The notes under the pieces were generated by a model. It did no database searches, was not told the origin of the DNA, and was given only the letters and a program-made list of their open reading frames with translations. A stretch of DNA of 64,000 nucleotides from Tepidamorphaceae bacterium. GTDB taxonomy: Bacteria; Pseudomonadota; Alphaproteobacteria; Rhizobiales; JAKSCL01. This document shows positions 40,342 through 50,003 of the stretch, piece by piece. A program made the translations under genes and the position numbers. The DNA is taken from the NCBI GenBank assembly GCA_028289445.1, contig JANQPO010000014.1, positions 373,848 to 437,847 of the forward strand, given 5' to 3'. How positions within the stretch are numbered: position 1 is the stretch's first letter; every line of letters starts with the position of its first letter.

Positions 40342-41097
40342 TCAGGGCGCTATCATGCGGGAATAGTCGCCGCGGGTGCGCAAGGTGAAGGTTACCGGCT
40401 CGTCGGTACGGTTGCGCCAGAACCACCCATGATTGCCGGTGAAGGCCGCGACCAGTTCCCCGGTCTGGTCTGGCACGCCGCGCCCTTTTTCATAGGTGAT
40501 CTTCTGCCCACTGCCGTCTCCATGGGTGTCGTAGTTCAGGATCGAGCCGTTGGCCGTCCATGCGAATTCGGCGCGAGCGCCTTCGTTCATCACCAGCTTG
40601 ATCTCGATGCCTTGTGTTGGGGCGAGCGTGTAGCTCACTTCGTCGCGCCAGGCCGGCAACGCTGGTTCTGGCACGGCAGCGACCGCCGTCGCAGGTGCTT
40701 CAAATCGCGGTGCCACGACCGCCGGTGCCTGTGGCTGTTGCGGCGTAACACCGACTGCGGCAGCGATGGCGGCGACTTGGCCGTCCAGTGCATCAAGACG
40801 CGCGATGAGAGCCGGATCGGCGGAGACTTGCGCGGCAGCCGCCTTGGCGGCGAGAACGGCGTCTTCTGTCGCGGCGTCCGTGTAGAGCTGCTGCTTGATC
40901 TCGCCCATCTGAGTAAGGCCCATCACGCGACCGAGCCCCGTAGGATCGACGCCATACTCGGCCGGCAGCCAGAACAGCACCAAGATCGCAAGAGCGGCAG
41001 CCATGGAGCCAAGTGTCGCCCGAATGAGCCCGCTAGAAGTGGCGTTGACGCCTAGGATGTGCCCGGCGCCCGCGTTTTCATAAGGTTGGTTGGTCAT
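40342..41097 (-). CDS. Membrane-anchored protein of unknown function (TM helix, Ala/Pro linker, beta-rich C-terminal domain)
   Basis: 251 aa. TM helix MAAALAILVLFWLPA, coiled/Ala-rich linker and a C-terminal ~130 aa (EFAWTANGSILNYDTHGDG...HGWFWRN). AGGAGA SD. Starts 19 nt after the HupE-like gene. Confidence 0.6.
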   Translation of the reverse strand: MTNQPYENAGAGHILGVNATSSGLIRATLGSMAAALAILVLFWLPAEYGVDPTGLGRVMGLTQMGEIKQQLYTDAATEDAVLAAKAAAAQVSADPALIARLDALDGQVAAIAAAVGVTPQQPQAPAVVAPRFEAPATAVAAVPEPALPAWRDEVSYTLAPTQGIEIKLVMNEGARAEFAWTANGSILNYDTHGDGSGQKITYEKGRGVPDQTGELVAAFTGNHGWFWRNRTDEPVTFTLRTRGDYSRMIAP

Positions 41098-41116
41098 ATG
41101 TCAGATCTCCTGTCGC

Positions 41117-41848
41117 TCAAGCAGCCACAAAATAGCCAGTGATTTGAAGGCCCATCAGGGCGAAGCCGGCGGTCATCATCAGGACGTTCACGGCATAGGC
41201 TTGCCGTGCGAAGGATGGCGTCGCGCGCCAATGACCCATCACAACGAGAATGGCCGCGAGCGCCAGGAGCTGCCCCACCTCTACGCCCACATTGAAGGAC
41301 AAAAGGTTTGGCCAAAGACCGTCCGGCGAGATGTCGTAATCGATGATCCTGGATGCGAGGCCGAAGCCGTGCAGAAAGCCGAATAGCAGCGTCGCGGCCT
41401 TCGTCGACGGCTGAACGCCGAACCAGAGCCGGAATGCTCCCAGATTGTCGAGCGCCTTATAGACCACCGAAAAACCGATGATGGCGTCGATAATGTAGCT
41501 CGAGATGCCGAAGTCGAGAGCGACGCCGAGTAGCATCGTGGTCGAGTGCCCGATGGCAAACAGCGAGACGTAAATGCCGATCTGCTTCAAGCCATAAAGG
41601 AAGAAGATCACGCCGAAGAGAAACTGGAGGTGGTCATACCCCGTCACCATGTGCTTGGCGCCGAGATACAGGAACGGGATGAGGTGAACGCCCGTGACCT
41701 CCTGGATATAGCCTTTGTCGCCGAGCGTGACGGCATGGGCGACGGCCGCCTCGACCCAGGCGAGGGAAAGCGCGACAGCGAGCAGGAGCATCGACGCGCG
41801 GTGCGCGCAACGCCCCCGTCCGCGCGACGCGGCCGGTAGAGATGTCAT
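41117..41848 (-). CDS. HupE/UreJ-family (HupE_UreJ_2-like) putative metal permease
   Basis: Signal-like N-terminus, then six or so TM helices with GYDHLQF and GFLHGFG motifs reminiscent of HupE/UreJ Ni/Co transporters. AAGGA SD. Confidence 0.7.
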   Translation of the reverse strand: MTSLPAASRGRGRCAHRASMLLLAVALSLAWVEAAVAHAVTLGDKGYIQEVTGVHLIPFLYLGAKHMVTGYDHLQFLFGVIFFLYGLKQIGIYVSLFAIGHSTTMLLGVALDFGISSYIIDAIIGFSVVYKALDNLGAFRLWFGVQPSTKAATLLFGFLHGFGLASRIIDYDISPDGLWPNLLSFNVGVEVGQLLALAAILVVMGHWRATPSFARQAYAVNVLMMTAGFALMGLQITGYFVAA

Positions 41849-41909
41849 TGGATAATCCTTGTCTGAACAGTCTGATGAGGCGCCGGTCCGGCGCAGTTCT
41901 CGTACCTGT

Positions 41910-42302
41910 TCAGACGGAGCGCGGCGGGCGCATCGGCCCTTCCAGCGTCATGTTTCGACAGGCGTCGCGCAACGCACATTGCACCTTGTCGGGACGTGGT
42001 TTGAGTGTGTTCGTAGGCTGGCAGATCAATGCGTGAAACTGATGGTCATGGTCAGCGGGATTATGCCCCCCAACCAATCCGCCTTGGTGGGGGTGTTCCG
42101 CTTCGTCATGGGTGTGACCGTGGTCGAGGTCATGTCCGTGCGCCGCATGTTCCGCGGTCCACGAGGCGGCGGCTGCATGCGCTGCCGGCCCATGCGTCAG
42201 GACGACGATAAGGGGAGCAAGGATCAGCGCGGTGACGGTGGACAGCACGACGATACGGCGTGTCCGATTCCACGTCCTGCGGTGGAGGGATTTTCGATCC
42301 AT
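41910..42302 (-). CDS. Histidine-rich membrane-anchored protein
   Basis: N-terminal TM helix IVVLSTVTALILAPLIVVL, then 12 His in 41 residues (AEHAAHGHDLDHGHTHDEAEHPHQGGLVGGHNPADHDHQFH). Start is uncertain: ATG at 42302 or the ORF-track start at 42374. Confidence 0.5.
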   Translation of the reverse strand: MDRKSLHRRTWNRTRRIVVLSTVTALILAPLIVVLTHGPAAHAAAASWTAEHAAHGHDLDHGHTHDEAEHPHQGGLVGGHNPADHDHQFHALICQPTNTLKPRPDKVQCALRDACRNMTLEGPMRPPRSV

Positions 42303-42447
42303 GCGCTGCGTTCTCACGTGTCGCCAGGTCCCTGCGGGCGAAGCGCGGTCTCTATGACACAACCCCAAAGGCACGCAACCCGTCCAGAAATCGTCAGGCC
42401 GCTCAAACGCACTGATGCTCTCGGCATTCGCGGATAGTACCTCTGGC

Positions 42448-44007
42448 CTATTCCCATTCGATGGTGCCGGGCGGCTTTGACGTCACATCGTAAACAACGC
42501 GATTTATGCCTTTGACTTCATTGATGATCCGCGTCGCGGTGCGTGAGAGAAACTCCATCTGAAAGGGATAGAAATCAGCGGTCATACCGTCAGTGGAGGT
42601 AACCGCCCGCAAAGCACAGACCTGGTCATAGGTGCGGCTGTCCCCCATCACTCCGACGGTCTGAACCGGCAAGAGAACGGCAAAGGCCTGCCAGATCGTG
42701 TCATAGAGACCGGCATCCCGGATCTCCTCCAGATAGATCGCGTCGGCCTTTCGCAGGATATCGAGTTTGTCCCGGCTGACCGGTCCAGGCACGCGGATCG
42801 CGAGGCCCGGCCCCGGAAACGGGTGGCGATTGACGAACACGTCGGGCAGACCAAGCGTGCGGCCGAGCGCCCTCACCTCGTCCTTGAAGAGTTCGCGTAG
42901 CGGCTCGACCAGTTGCATATTCATGCGTTCCGGCAGGCCGCCGACATTGTGGTGCGACTTGATCGTGACGGACGGACCGCCAGTGAACGAGACGCTTTCG
43001 ATGACATCGGGATAAAGCGTGCCCTGGGCCAAAAACTCGGCGCCACCGAGTTTCTTCGCATCCGCCTCGAAGCAATCGACGAACAGCTTGCCGATGATCT
43101 TGCGTTTGGCTTCAGGGTCGCCAACGCCGTCGAGCGCGGTGAGAAACATGTCCGACGCGTCGACATGGACCAGCGGGATGTTGTGGTGGCCGCGAAACAA
43201 AGACACGACTTCATCGGCTTCGTTCAGCCGCATCAGCCCGTGATCGACGAAGATGCAGGTCAGCCGGTCGCCGATCGCCTCGTGGATCAGGACGGCGGCA
43301 ACCGCGGAGTCGACGCCGCCGGACAGTCCGCAAATCACCCGTCCCTCCCCAACCTTCTCGCGGATATCGGCAATGGCCTGGTCCTTGAAGGCGGCCATCG
43401 TCCAATCTCCGGCAAGCCCGGCAACGGCGTGAACAAAATTGGACAAGAGCCGCGCACCGTCCGGCGTATGCACGACCTCAGGGTGGAACATCATTGAGTA
43501 GTAGCCGCGCGCCTCGTCGGCCGCGACCGCGAAGGGTGCGCCCGGCGAGCGGGCGTACACCTCAAAGCCGTCCGGCAGTTCAACAACTTTGTCGCCATGG
43601 CTCATCCATACCGGATGCTCCTCGCCCGGCGACCAGACGCCTTCGAACAGCCTTGACGGCTTGACGACCTCGATCGAGGCGCGGCCGAACTCGCGATGAT
43701 CCGACGTTTCGACCCGGCCGCCGAGCTGATGGCACAGCGTCTGTTGGCCATAGCAAATGCCAAGCACGGGAACGCCCGATTGAAACACGATGTCCGGCGC
43801 GCGCGGCGTGCCGATGTCGACAACGCTGGCGGGGCCGCCCGACAGGATGACCGCTTTCGGGCTGAGCCTCCCGAATGCGGCTGCGGCCGACTGGAACGGG
43901 ACGATTTCGCTGTATACACCGGCCTCGCGCACCCGGCGCGCGATCAGCTGGGTGACCTGCGAGCCAAAATCGATGATGAGAACGGTGTCGGTCGCGGCCT
44001 TGGTCAT
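42448..44007 (-). CDS. guaA: GMP synthase (glutamine-hydrolysing)
   Basis: GATase catalytic GICYGQQ, ATP-pyrophosphatase SGGVDS and C-terminal [11 protein letters not shown] at 44007 ([17 protein letters not shown]) preferred over TTG at 44043. Confidence 0.96.
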   Translation of the reverse strand: MTKAATDTVLIIDFGSQVTQLIARRVREAGVYSEIVPFQSAAAAFGRLSPKAVILSGGPASVVDIGTPRAPDIVFQSGVPVLGICYGQQTLCHQLGGRVETSDHREFGRASIEVVKPSRLFEGVWSPGEEHPVWMSHGDKVVELPDGFEVYARSPGAPFAVAADEARGYYSMMFHPEVVHTPDGARLLSNFVHAVAGLAGDWTMAAFKDQAIADIREKVGEGRVICGLSGGVDSAVAAVLIHEAIGDRLTCIFVDHGLMRLNEADEVVSLFRGHHNIPLVHVDASDMFLTALDGVGDPEAKRKIIGKLFVDCFEADAKKLGGAEFLAQGTLYPDVIESVSFTGGPSVTIKSHHNVGGLPERMNMQLVEPLRELFKDEVRALGRTLGLPDVFVNRHPFPGPGLAIRVPGPVSRDKLDILRKADAIYLEEIRDAGLYDTIWQAFAVLLPVQTVGVMGDSRTYDQVCALRAVTSTDGMTADFYPFQMEFLSRTATRIINEVKGINRVVYDVTSKPPGTIEWE

Positions 44008-44055
44008 CGCCCGAGTGCTAGGCGACGCCAAGGAAATGCGCAAGCGCCAAGCCGA

Positions 44056-44805
44056 CTAATCCCCGGCTTGCTGCGGCTCCTTCGCGACATCGACCTCGAA
44101 ATCCGACTGTTTGGCCATCACCGCGTGGCTGGTCTTGACCAATTTGCCAACCAGATTGCGGTTGAAACTCGCCTCAACCCGCTGGCGCAGTTCTGGATCG
44201 CGTTTCAGGAATTCACTTAGCCTTTCGCGCTCAAACGAGAAATACCGAACGTGATTGGCAACGACGGCCGTCGCTGTGGCCGCGACATCGTTGAGATAGC
44301 TGATCTCACCAAGGAAATCGCCCTCGCCGCACACACCGATGATCTTGCTGTTGCGCTCGACCTGAACGGCCCCGCGAACGAGGAGGATGAGATGCGTGGT
44401 CATCTGATCTTCTTCGATCAGCACGGTCCCTGGATCGGCCTCGTGCCAGGACCCCAGAGAGAGAATACGGCGCGCGTTGCGCCGATCGCTGCCTGGCACC
44501 ATCGACTCGATCACCACCTTTTGCTCATCGGAGAACGTGGCGTGGCGGTTTTCATAGGTGATGATGAGAAGCTGGACCAGGTTGACCGACACGAACACGG
44601 TCTCCCAGAACACTGTGACCGGATCGTTCAGCCAGAAAAACCCGTAGGCCATGGAGGTCAGGCCGGCCGACACCGCGATGATGCGCAGCTTGGTCATGGT
44701 GCGCATCATCATCGACAGGACGAGCAGCATATAGGAGACGTGCCCGACCGCCGCGCCCCAGGTGAACGCGTTGTCGATATCGAAGCCGCCCATCAATCCC
44801 GTCAT
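44056..44805 (-). CDS. 3-TM membrane protein with C-terminal cyclic-nucleotide-binding-like domain
   Basis: Three N-terminal TM helices, then a CAP/PKA-type beta-roll (GEGDFLGEISYL...ATATAVV...). 249 aa, ATG start. Ends 48 nt upstream of guaA. Confidence 0.75.
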   Translation of the reverse strand: MTGLMGGFDIDNAFTWGAAVGHVSYMLLVLSMMMRTMTKLRIIAVSAGLTSMAYGFFWLNDPVTVFWETVFVSVNLVQLLIITYENRHATFSDEQKVVIESMVPGSDRRNARRILSLGSWHEADPGTVLIEEDQMTTHLILLVRGAVQVERNSKIIGVCGEGDFLGEISYLNDVAATATAVVANHVRYFSFERERLSEFLKRDPELRQRVEASFNRNLVGKLVKTSHAVMAKQSDFEVDVAKEPQQAGD

Positions 44806-45042
44806 CGAACCAGCCAGTGTATCACCGGGCTACCGGCGATCCTATGCCACCGTGAATAGGCGCAATGTTGGTTCGCTGACAAGCCGCACCCTTAAGCCGT
44901 TGCGTGCGACGGCCACGTCATGGTTAACGGCCATTGATCGATTTTAGCGTTTTGTTAGCGTTTATATTCATCGCTGCATGATGAACGCCAGAAACGATGA
45001 TACGTTTCGACAAAGCCGACAAGTACTCAAGGAATACGGGAC

Positions 45043-45990
45043 ATGGCGTCAACGCGTTCAATCTTTACCACATGGTCTGAAAGCAATGCCGATGACTGGG
45101 GCAAAAAACCGTTGTGCCTCAATCATCGGCTCCATACCGATCCCTTGTTCAGTGAAGACGCTCTTGCTGATCTCATCGATCGTTCGCCACGTGATTGCTA
45201 CAACATCAATTATATGGGCGAGCAAGGCGACCGTCATCTTTGGCGCGAAGGCGAAAAGGGCGATCTGTCCGGCCAGCAGGTGATCGACGCGATTCGCAAC
45301 GGTCGCTTTTGGATCAATCTGCGGCGGCCGCACGACATCGACGACCGCTATCAGGCACTGCTGAAAGCAGTCTTCGCTGAGATCGAAGAGCGCGTGCCGC
45401 ACCTTGGCCACACCTTCAACCACAAGCTCGGTATCTTGATCTCCTCACCCGGCGCACAGGTCTATTATCACGCGGACATCCCCGGCCAGTCGCTTTGGCA
45501 GATCGCCGGATCCAAGCGGGTCTATGTCTACCCGCGCTCCAACGCCTTTCTCCCCCAGGAGTCGATGGAAGGGATCATTCTCGGCGAGACCGAAGAGGAA
45601 ATCGGTTACGAGCCCTGGTTCGACGAGCATGCCGTCGCGTTCGACGTGCAGCCGGGCGAAATGCTCACCTGGCCGCTCAACGCGCCGCATCGGGTCACCA
45701 ATCACGACTGCCTGAACATCTCGCTGACCACCGAGCACTGGACAACGCCGATCCGCAACTCTTACGCGGTTCACTATGCAAACGGTGTGCTGAGGCGGCA
45801 ATTCGGCCTAAGCGCGCTGCATCACTCCGTTAGGAGTCCGATGCTCTATCCCAAACTCGCCTTCGCGGCGGCAGCGAAATACCTGGCGCGCCGCAACGTG
45901 CAAAAGACCCGGACACCGGTGGACTTCCGGGTCGATCCGACGGCGCCGAACGGCTTCGTCGACATCGCACCATACGCGCCTCCGGCCTGA
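45043..45990 (+). CDS. Cupin/JmjC-like putative Fe(II)/2-oxoglutarate oxygenase
   Basis: 315 aa. Candidate facial triad YYHAD (HxD) plus distal NAPHRV, embedded in a beta-rich core (SLWQIAGSKRVYVYP). AAGGA SD. Confidence 0.6.
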   Translation: MASTRSIFTTWSESNADDWGKKPLCLNHRLHTDPLFSEDALADLIDRSPRDCYNINYMGEQGDRHLWREGEKGDLSGQQVIDAIRNGRFWINLRRPHDIDDRYQALLKAVFAEIEERVPHLGHTFNHKLGILISSPGAQVYYHADIPGQSLWQIAGSKRVYVYPRSNAFLPQESMEGIILGETEEEIGYEPWFDEHAVAFDVQPGEMLTWPLNAPHRVTNHDCLNISLTTEHWTTPIRNSYAVHYANGVLRRQFGLSALHHSVRSPMLYPKLAFAAAAKYLARRNVQKTRTPVDFRVDPTAPNGFVDIAPYAPPA

Positions 45991-46016
45991 GGTCCCATCA
46001 CGCCACGGGCCACACC

Positions 46017-46072
46017 CGGCCGCCTCGCCACTGTCGATCCCGAGTGACACGGCGAGGCGGCCGTTCTTTTTT
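46017..46072 (+). terminator. Rho-independent terminator of the cupin-like gene
   Basis: cggccgcctcgcc (46017-46029) pairs perfectly with ggcgaggcggccg (46051-46063) and is followed by ttctttttt. Confidence 0.85.
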
Positions 46073-46127
46073 GCTCTTGCCCCGCTCCGCAACGAGCAGT
46101 GTCCACTGCCACAGTAGCGGCACCGGC

Positions 46128-47426
46128 CTATGATGGGTCGTTGCGCTGTAAGACGGCGAAGAAAAACCCGTCGGTTCCGGTACTGGCCGGGGTCAGTGTC
46201 ACCGTGCAACCATCTGCCGACCAGGGCTTTGGCCCTTCGGCGCCATAAAGTTCTTCCCAGACCTCGCCCGCCGAAAGCAGGCTGAACTGGGCCTGACGGT
46301 CGAGAAACGCGTAGACACGCGCTTCGTTCTCCTGCGGCAGCACGGAGCAGGTGACATAACAGAGATAGCCGCCCGGACGAACGAAGGGCGCGGCTTCGTC
46401 GAGCGCGGTGTCCTGCTCGCTCATCCGGGCTTCGAGCGACTTGGAGGTCAGTTTCCACTTGGTCTCAGGCTTTCTGCGCCAGGTGCCGGACCCTGAGCAC
46501 GGCGCATCCACCAAGACGCGATCCATCTTGCCGACAAGGTCGTCCAATTGCTCCAGGCCACCCGCCTTGGTCTGAACGTTGCGCACGCCGGCCCGCTTCA
46601 GCCGATCGTAGATCGGCGCCATACGCTTGCGATCCCTGTCGAAGGCGAACACCTGACCCGTATTATCGAGCGCGGCGGCCAGCGCCAGCGTCTTGCCGCC
46701 GGCGCCGGCACAGAAATCGAGAACTTTCTCCCCTGGCTTCGCGAACACCAGTTCGGCGCAAATTTGGCTGCCCTCGTCCTGGATTTCGATCCAACCCTTC
46801 TGGTAGGCCGCCTCCGCCTGGACGTTGGGATGGCGATCCGGCCCGCTCGTCGGCCCGATGCGCATACCATTCGAAGCGATGTCGCAGGCAACTACGCCAG
46901 CGTGTGAAAGGACATCGAGCACCTTGGCGCGTTGCGCCTTGAGCGTATTGACCCTGAGGTCGAGCGGCGGGCGCGCGGCGAGCCCCCGCCCTTCGACAAC
47001 CGCCTCGTCTTCGAAACCGTCTGCAAAAACCACCCAAACCCATTCAGGAATATCGGCTTTTGTCCAATCTGGCGCGCTGTCAAGGCTACCGGTACGATAG
47101 GCGACGCATTCCCCTGCCGAGAGTGGACGGGGCGCGAAGCGGTCCGCCGCGAACTGTGTCTTCAGCACCTCCAGATCGCGGTCCCACACGCGCCCGAGCA
47201 CGCCGAGGATTGCGGATCGGGGCGAGTCGTCGCCCATGACCCAGGCCAGCGACAGACGATTACGCAAGGCGTCGTAGACGAGATTGCCGATTGCCGCGCG
47301 GTCGCCCGACCCGGCGAAGCGGTGCGACACGCCCCAGTCCTTGAGTGCCTCGCCGGCCGGCCGATGGCGTGTCTCGATGTCTTCAAGAATATCGATCGCC
47401 GCCGCCGCGCGGCCACCCAAGCGCAT
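46128..47426 (-). CDS. RsmB/NOL1/NOP2/Sun-family rRNA cytosine-C5 methyltransferase
   Basis: SAM motif LDFCAGAGGKT and catalytic DAPCSGSGTWRR. 432 aa. Starts 11 nt after the guaB stop. Confidence 0.88.
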   Translation of the reverse strand: MRLGGRAAAAIDILEDIETRHRPAGEALKDWGVSHRFAGSGDRAAIGNLVYDALRNRLSLAWVMGDDSPRSAILGVLGRVWDRDLEVLKTQFAADRFAPRPLSAGECVAYRTGSLDSAPDWTKADIPEWVWVVFADGFEDEAVVEGRGLAARPPLDLRVNTLKAQRAKVLDVLSHAGVVACDIASNGMRIGPTSGPDRHPNVQAEAAYQKGWIEIQDEGSQICAELVFAKPGEKVLDFCAGAGGKTLALAAALDNTGQVFAFDRDRKRMAPIYDRLKRAGVRNVQTKAGGLEQLDDLVGKMDRVLVDAPCSGSGTWRRKPETKWKLTSKSLEARMSEQDTALDEAAPFVRPGGYLCYVTCSVLPQENEARVYAFLDRQAQFSLLSAGEVWEELYGAEGPKPWSADGCTVTLTPASTGTDGFFFAVLQRNDPS

Positions 47427-47437
47427 TCGGGCACCCC

Positions 47438-48937
<1,500 letters not shown>

Positions 48938-49041
48938 TCAGGAAGCGGCTCGGCAACGGGACCACCGAGTCGCGTTGCCGCAGTGTCCTACCATTGCCAT
49001 CGCCGGCACGAAAGAGAGGACGAACAGATTTCTGAGGGTCC

Positions 49042-49312
49042 AGACCCTATCGGGCTCTAATTGAACCATTCTGACGGAGCGGTTTCGTAACAAGATCAAG
49101 CGAAGGGTCGAAGAGCGTATCGGGATACGGTGAAGAAACTTCGCGCCGATATTGGCGCAAAAGCGCCCGTCCCTTCGGGTTTGCGATTGGCGGCCGCCCA
49201 GCGGCGAACCGGTCTCGCGTGGTGGGCCGACACCGCACATCGCCCGTTTCACCACCGGATCGTCTCGCCAATCGCGAAACAGAATTGATCCAATTAGAGC
49301 CCGATAGGGTCT
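49042..49312. repeat. 271-bp unit bounded by perfect 22-bp inverted repeats (MITE-like element or long-range RNA structure)
   Basis: agaccctatcgggctctaattg (49042-49063) is the exact reverse complement of 49291-49312. A nested 10-bp pair occurs at 49183-49192 / 49266-49275. No credible ORF inside. Confidence 0.6.
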
Positions 49313-50000
49313 AGCCCTTGAAGCCGGTCGCCAACAGATAAAGTTCGGCGGAATCGGCGCGGCTTGCCTCCGGTTTGACGTGTTTGACCGACTTGAAACG
49401 CTGTTTGAGCAGCGCCAGAAGGTCCGCCTCGGTGCCGCCTTGGCGGGTTTTCGCCAGAAACACGCCGCCGGGCTTTAGAACGTCAAAGGCGAAATCCGCC
49501 GCGAGTTCACACAGCGCCATGATGCGCAAGTGGTCCGTCTGGCGGTGACCCGTCGTATTGGGCGCCATGTCGGAGAGCACGACATCCGCCGGGCCGCCCA
49601 GCATATCCTTCAAGCGTTCAGGCGCGTCCGCATCCGTGAAGTCCATTTGAACGAAGCGAACGCCTGGAACAGACTCCATATCGAGCACATCGATGGCGGC
49701 GACCGTCGGATTATCATCCGTCGACCCGACGCGGTCGGCGGCGATCTGGCTCCAGCCGCCAGGTGCGGCACCCAGATCGACGACGCGCAGGCCGGGCCGC
49801 AACAGCCCATGCGCCTCATCCAGTTCGATCAGCTTGAACGCGGCGCGCGACCGATAGCCTTTTGCCTTAGCGGCGGCGACATAGGGATCATTGATTTGCC
49901 GTTGCAGCCATCGGGTCGACGCCGATTTGCGTCCCCGCGCGGTGCGCACGCGCTGCTTCAGGTCGCGGCCACCGGGCCGGGAACGGCGGCCGCCGGGCAT
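49311..50000 (-). CDS. rlmE: 23S rRNA (uridine2552-2'-O)-methyltransferase
   Basis: FtsJ motifs [24 protein letters not shown] and [11 protein letters not shown]. Starts 3 nt after the upstream ppx-like stop. Confidence 0.94.
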   Translation of the reverse strand: MPGGRRSRPGGRDLKQRVRTARGRKSASTRWLQRQINDPYVAAAKAKGYRSRAAFKLIELDEAHGLLRPGLRVVDLGAAPGGWSQIAADRVGSTDDNPTVAAIDVLDMESVPGVRFVQMDFTDADAPERLKDMLGGPADVVLSDMAPNTTGHRQTDHLRIMALCELAADFAFDVLKPGGVFLAKTRQGGTEADLLALLKQRFKSVKHVKPEASRADSAELYLLATGFKG

Positions 50001-50003
50001 GGG

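Noticed and set aside
40318-41055. 245-aa plus-strand ORF opposite the anchored-protein gene.
   Set aside because: The minus-strand frame has a good SD, a TM helix and operon logic with the HupE-like gene. The plus frame is Arg/Gly-rich with no start context.
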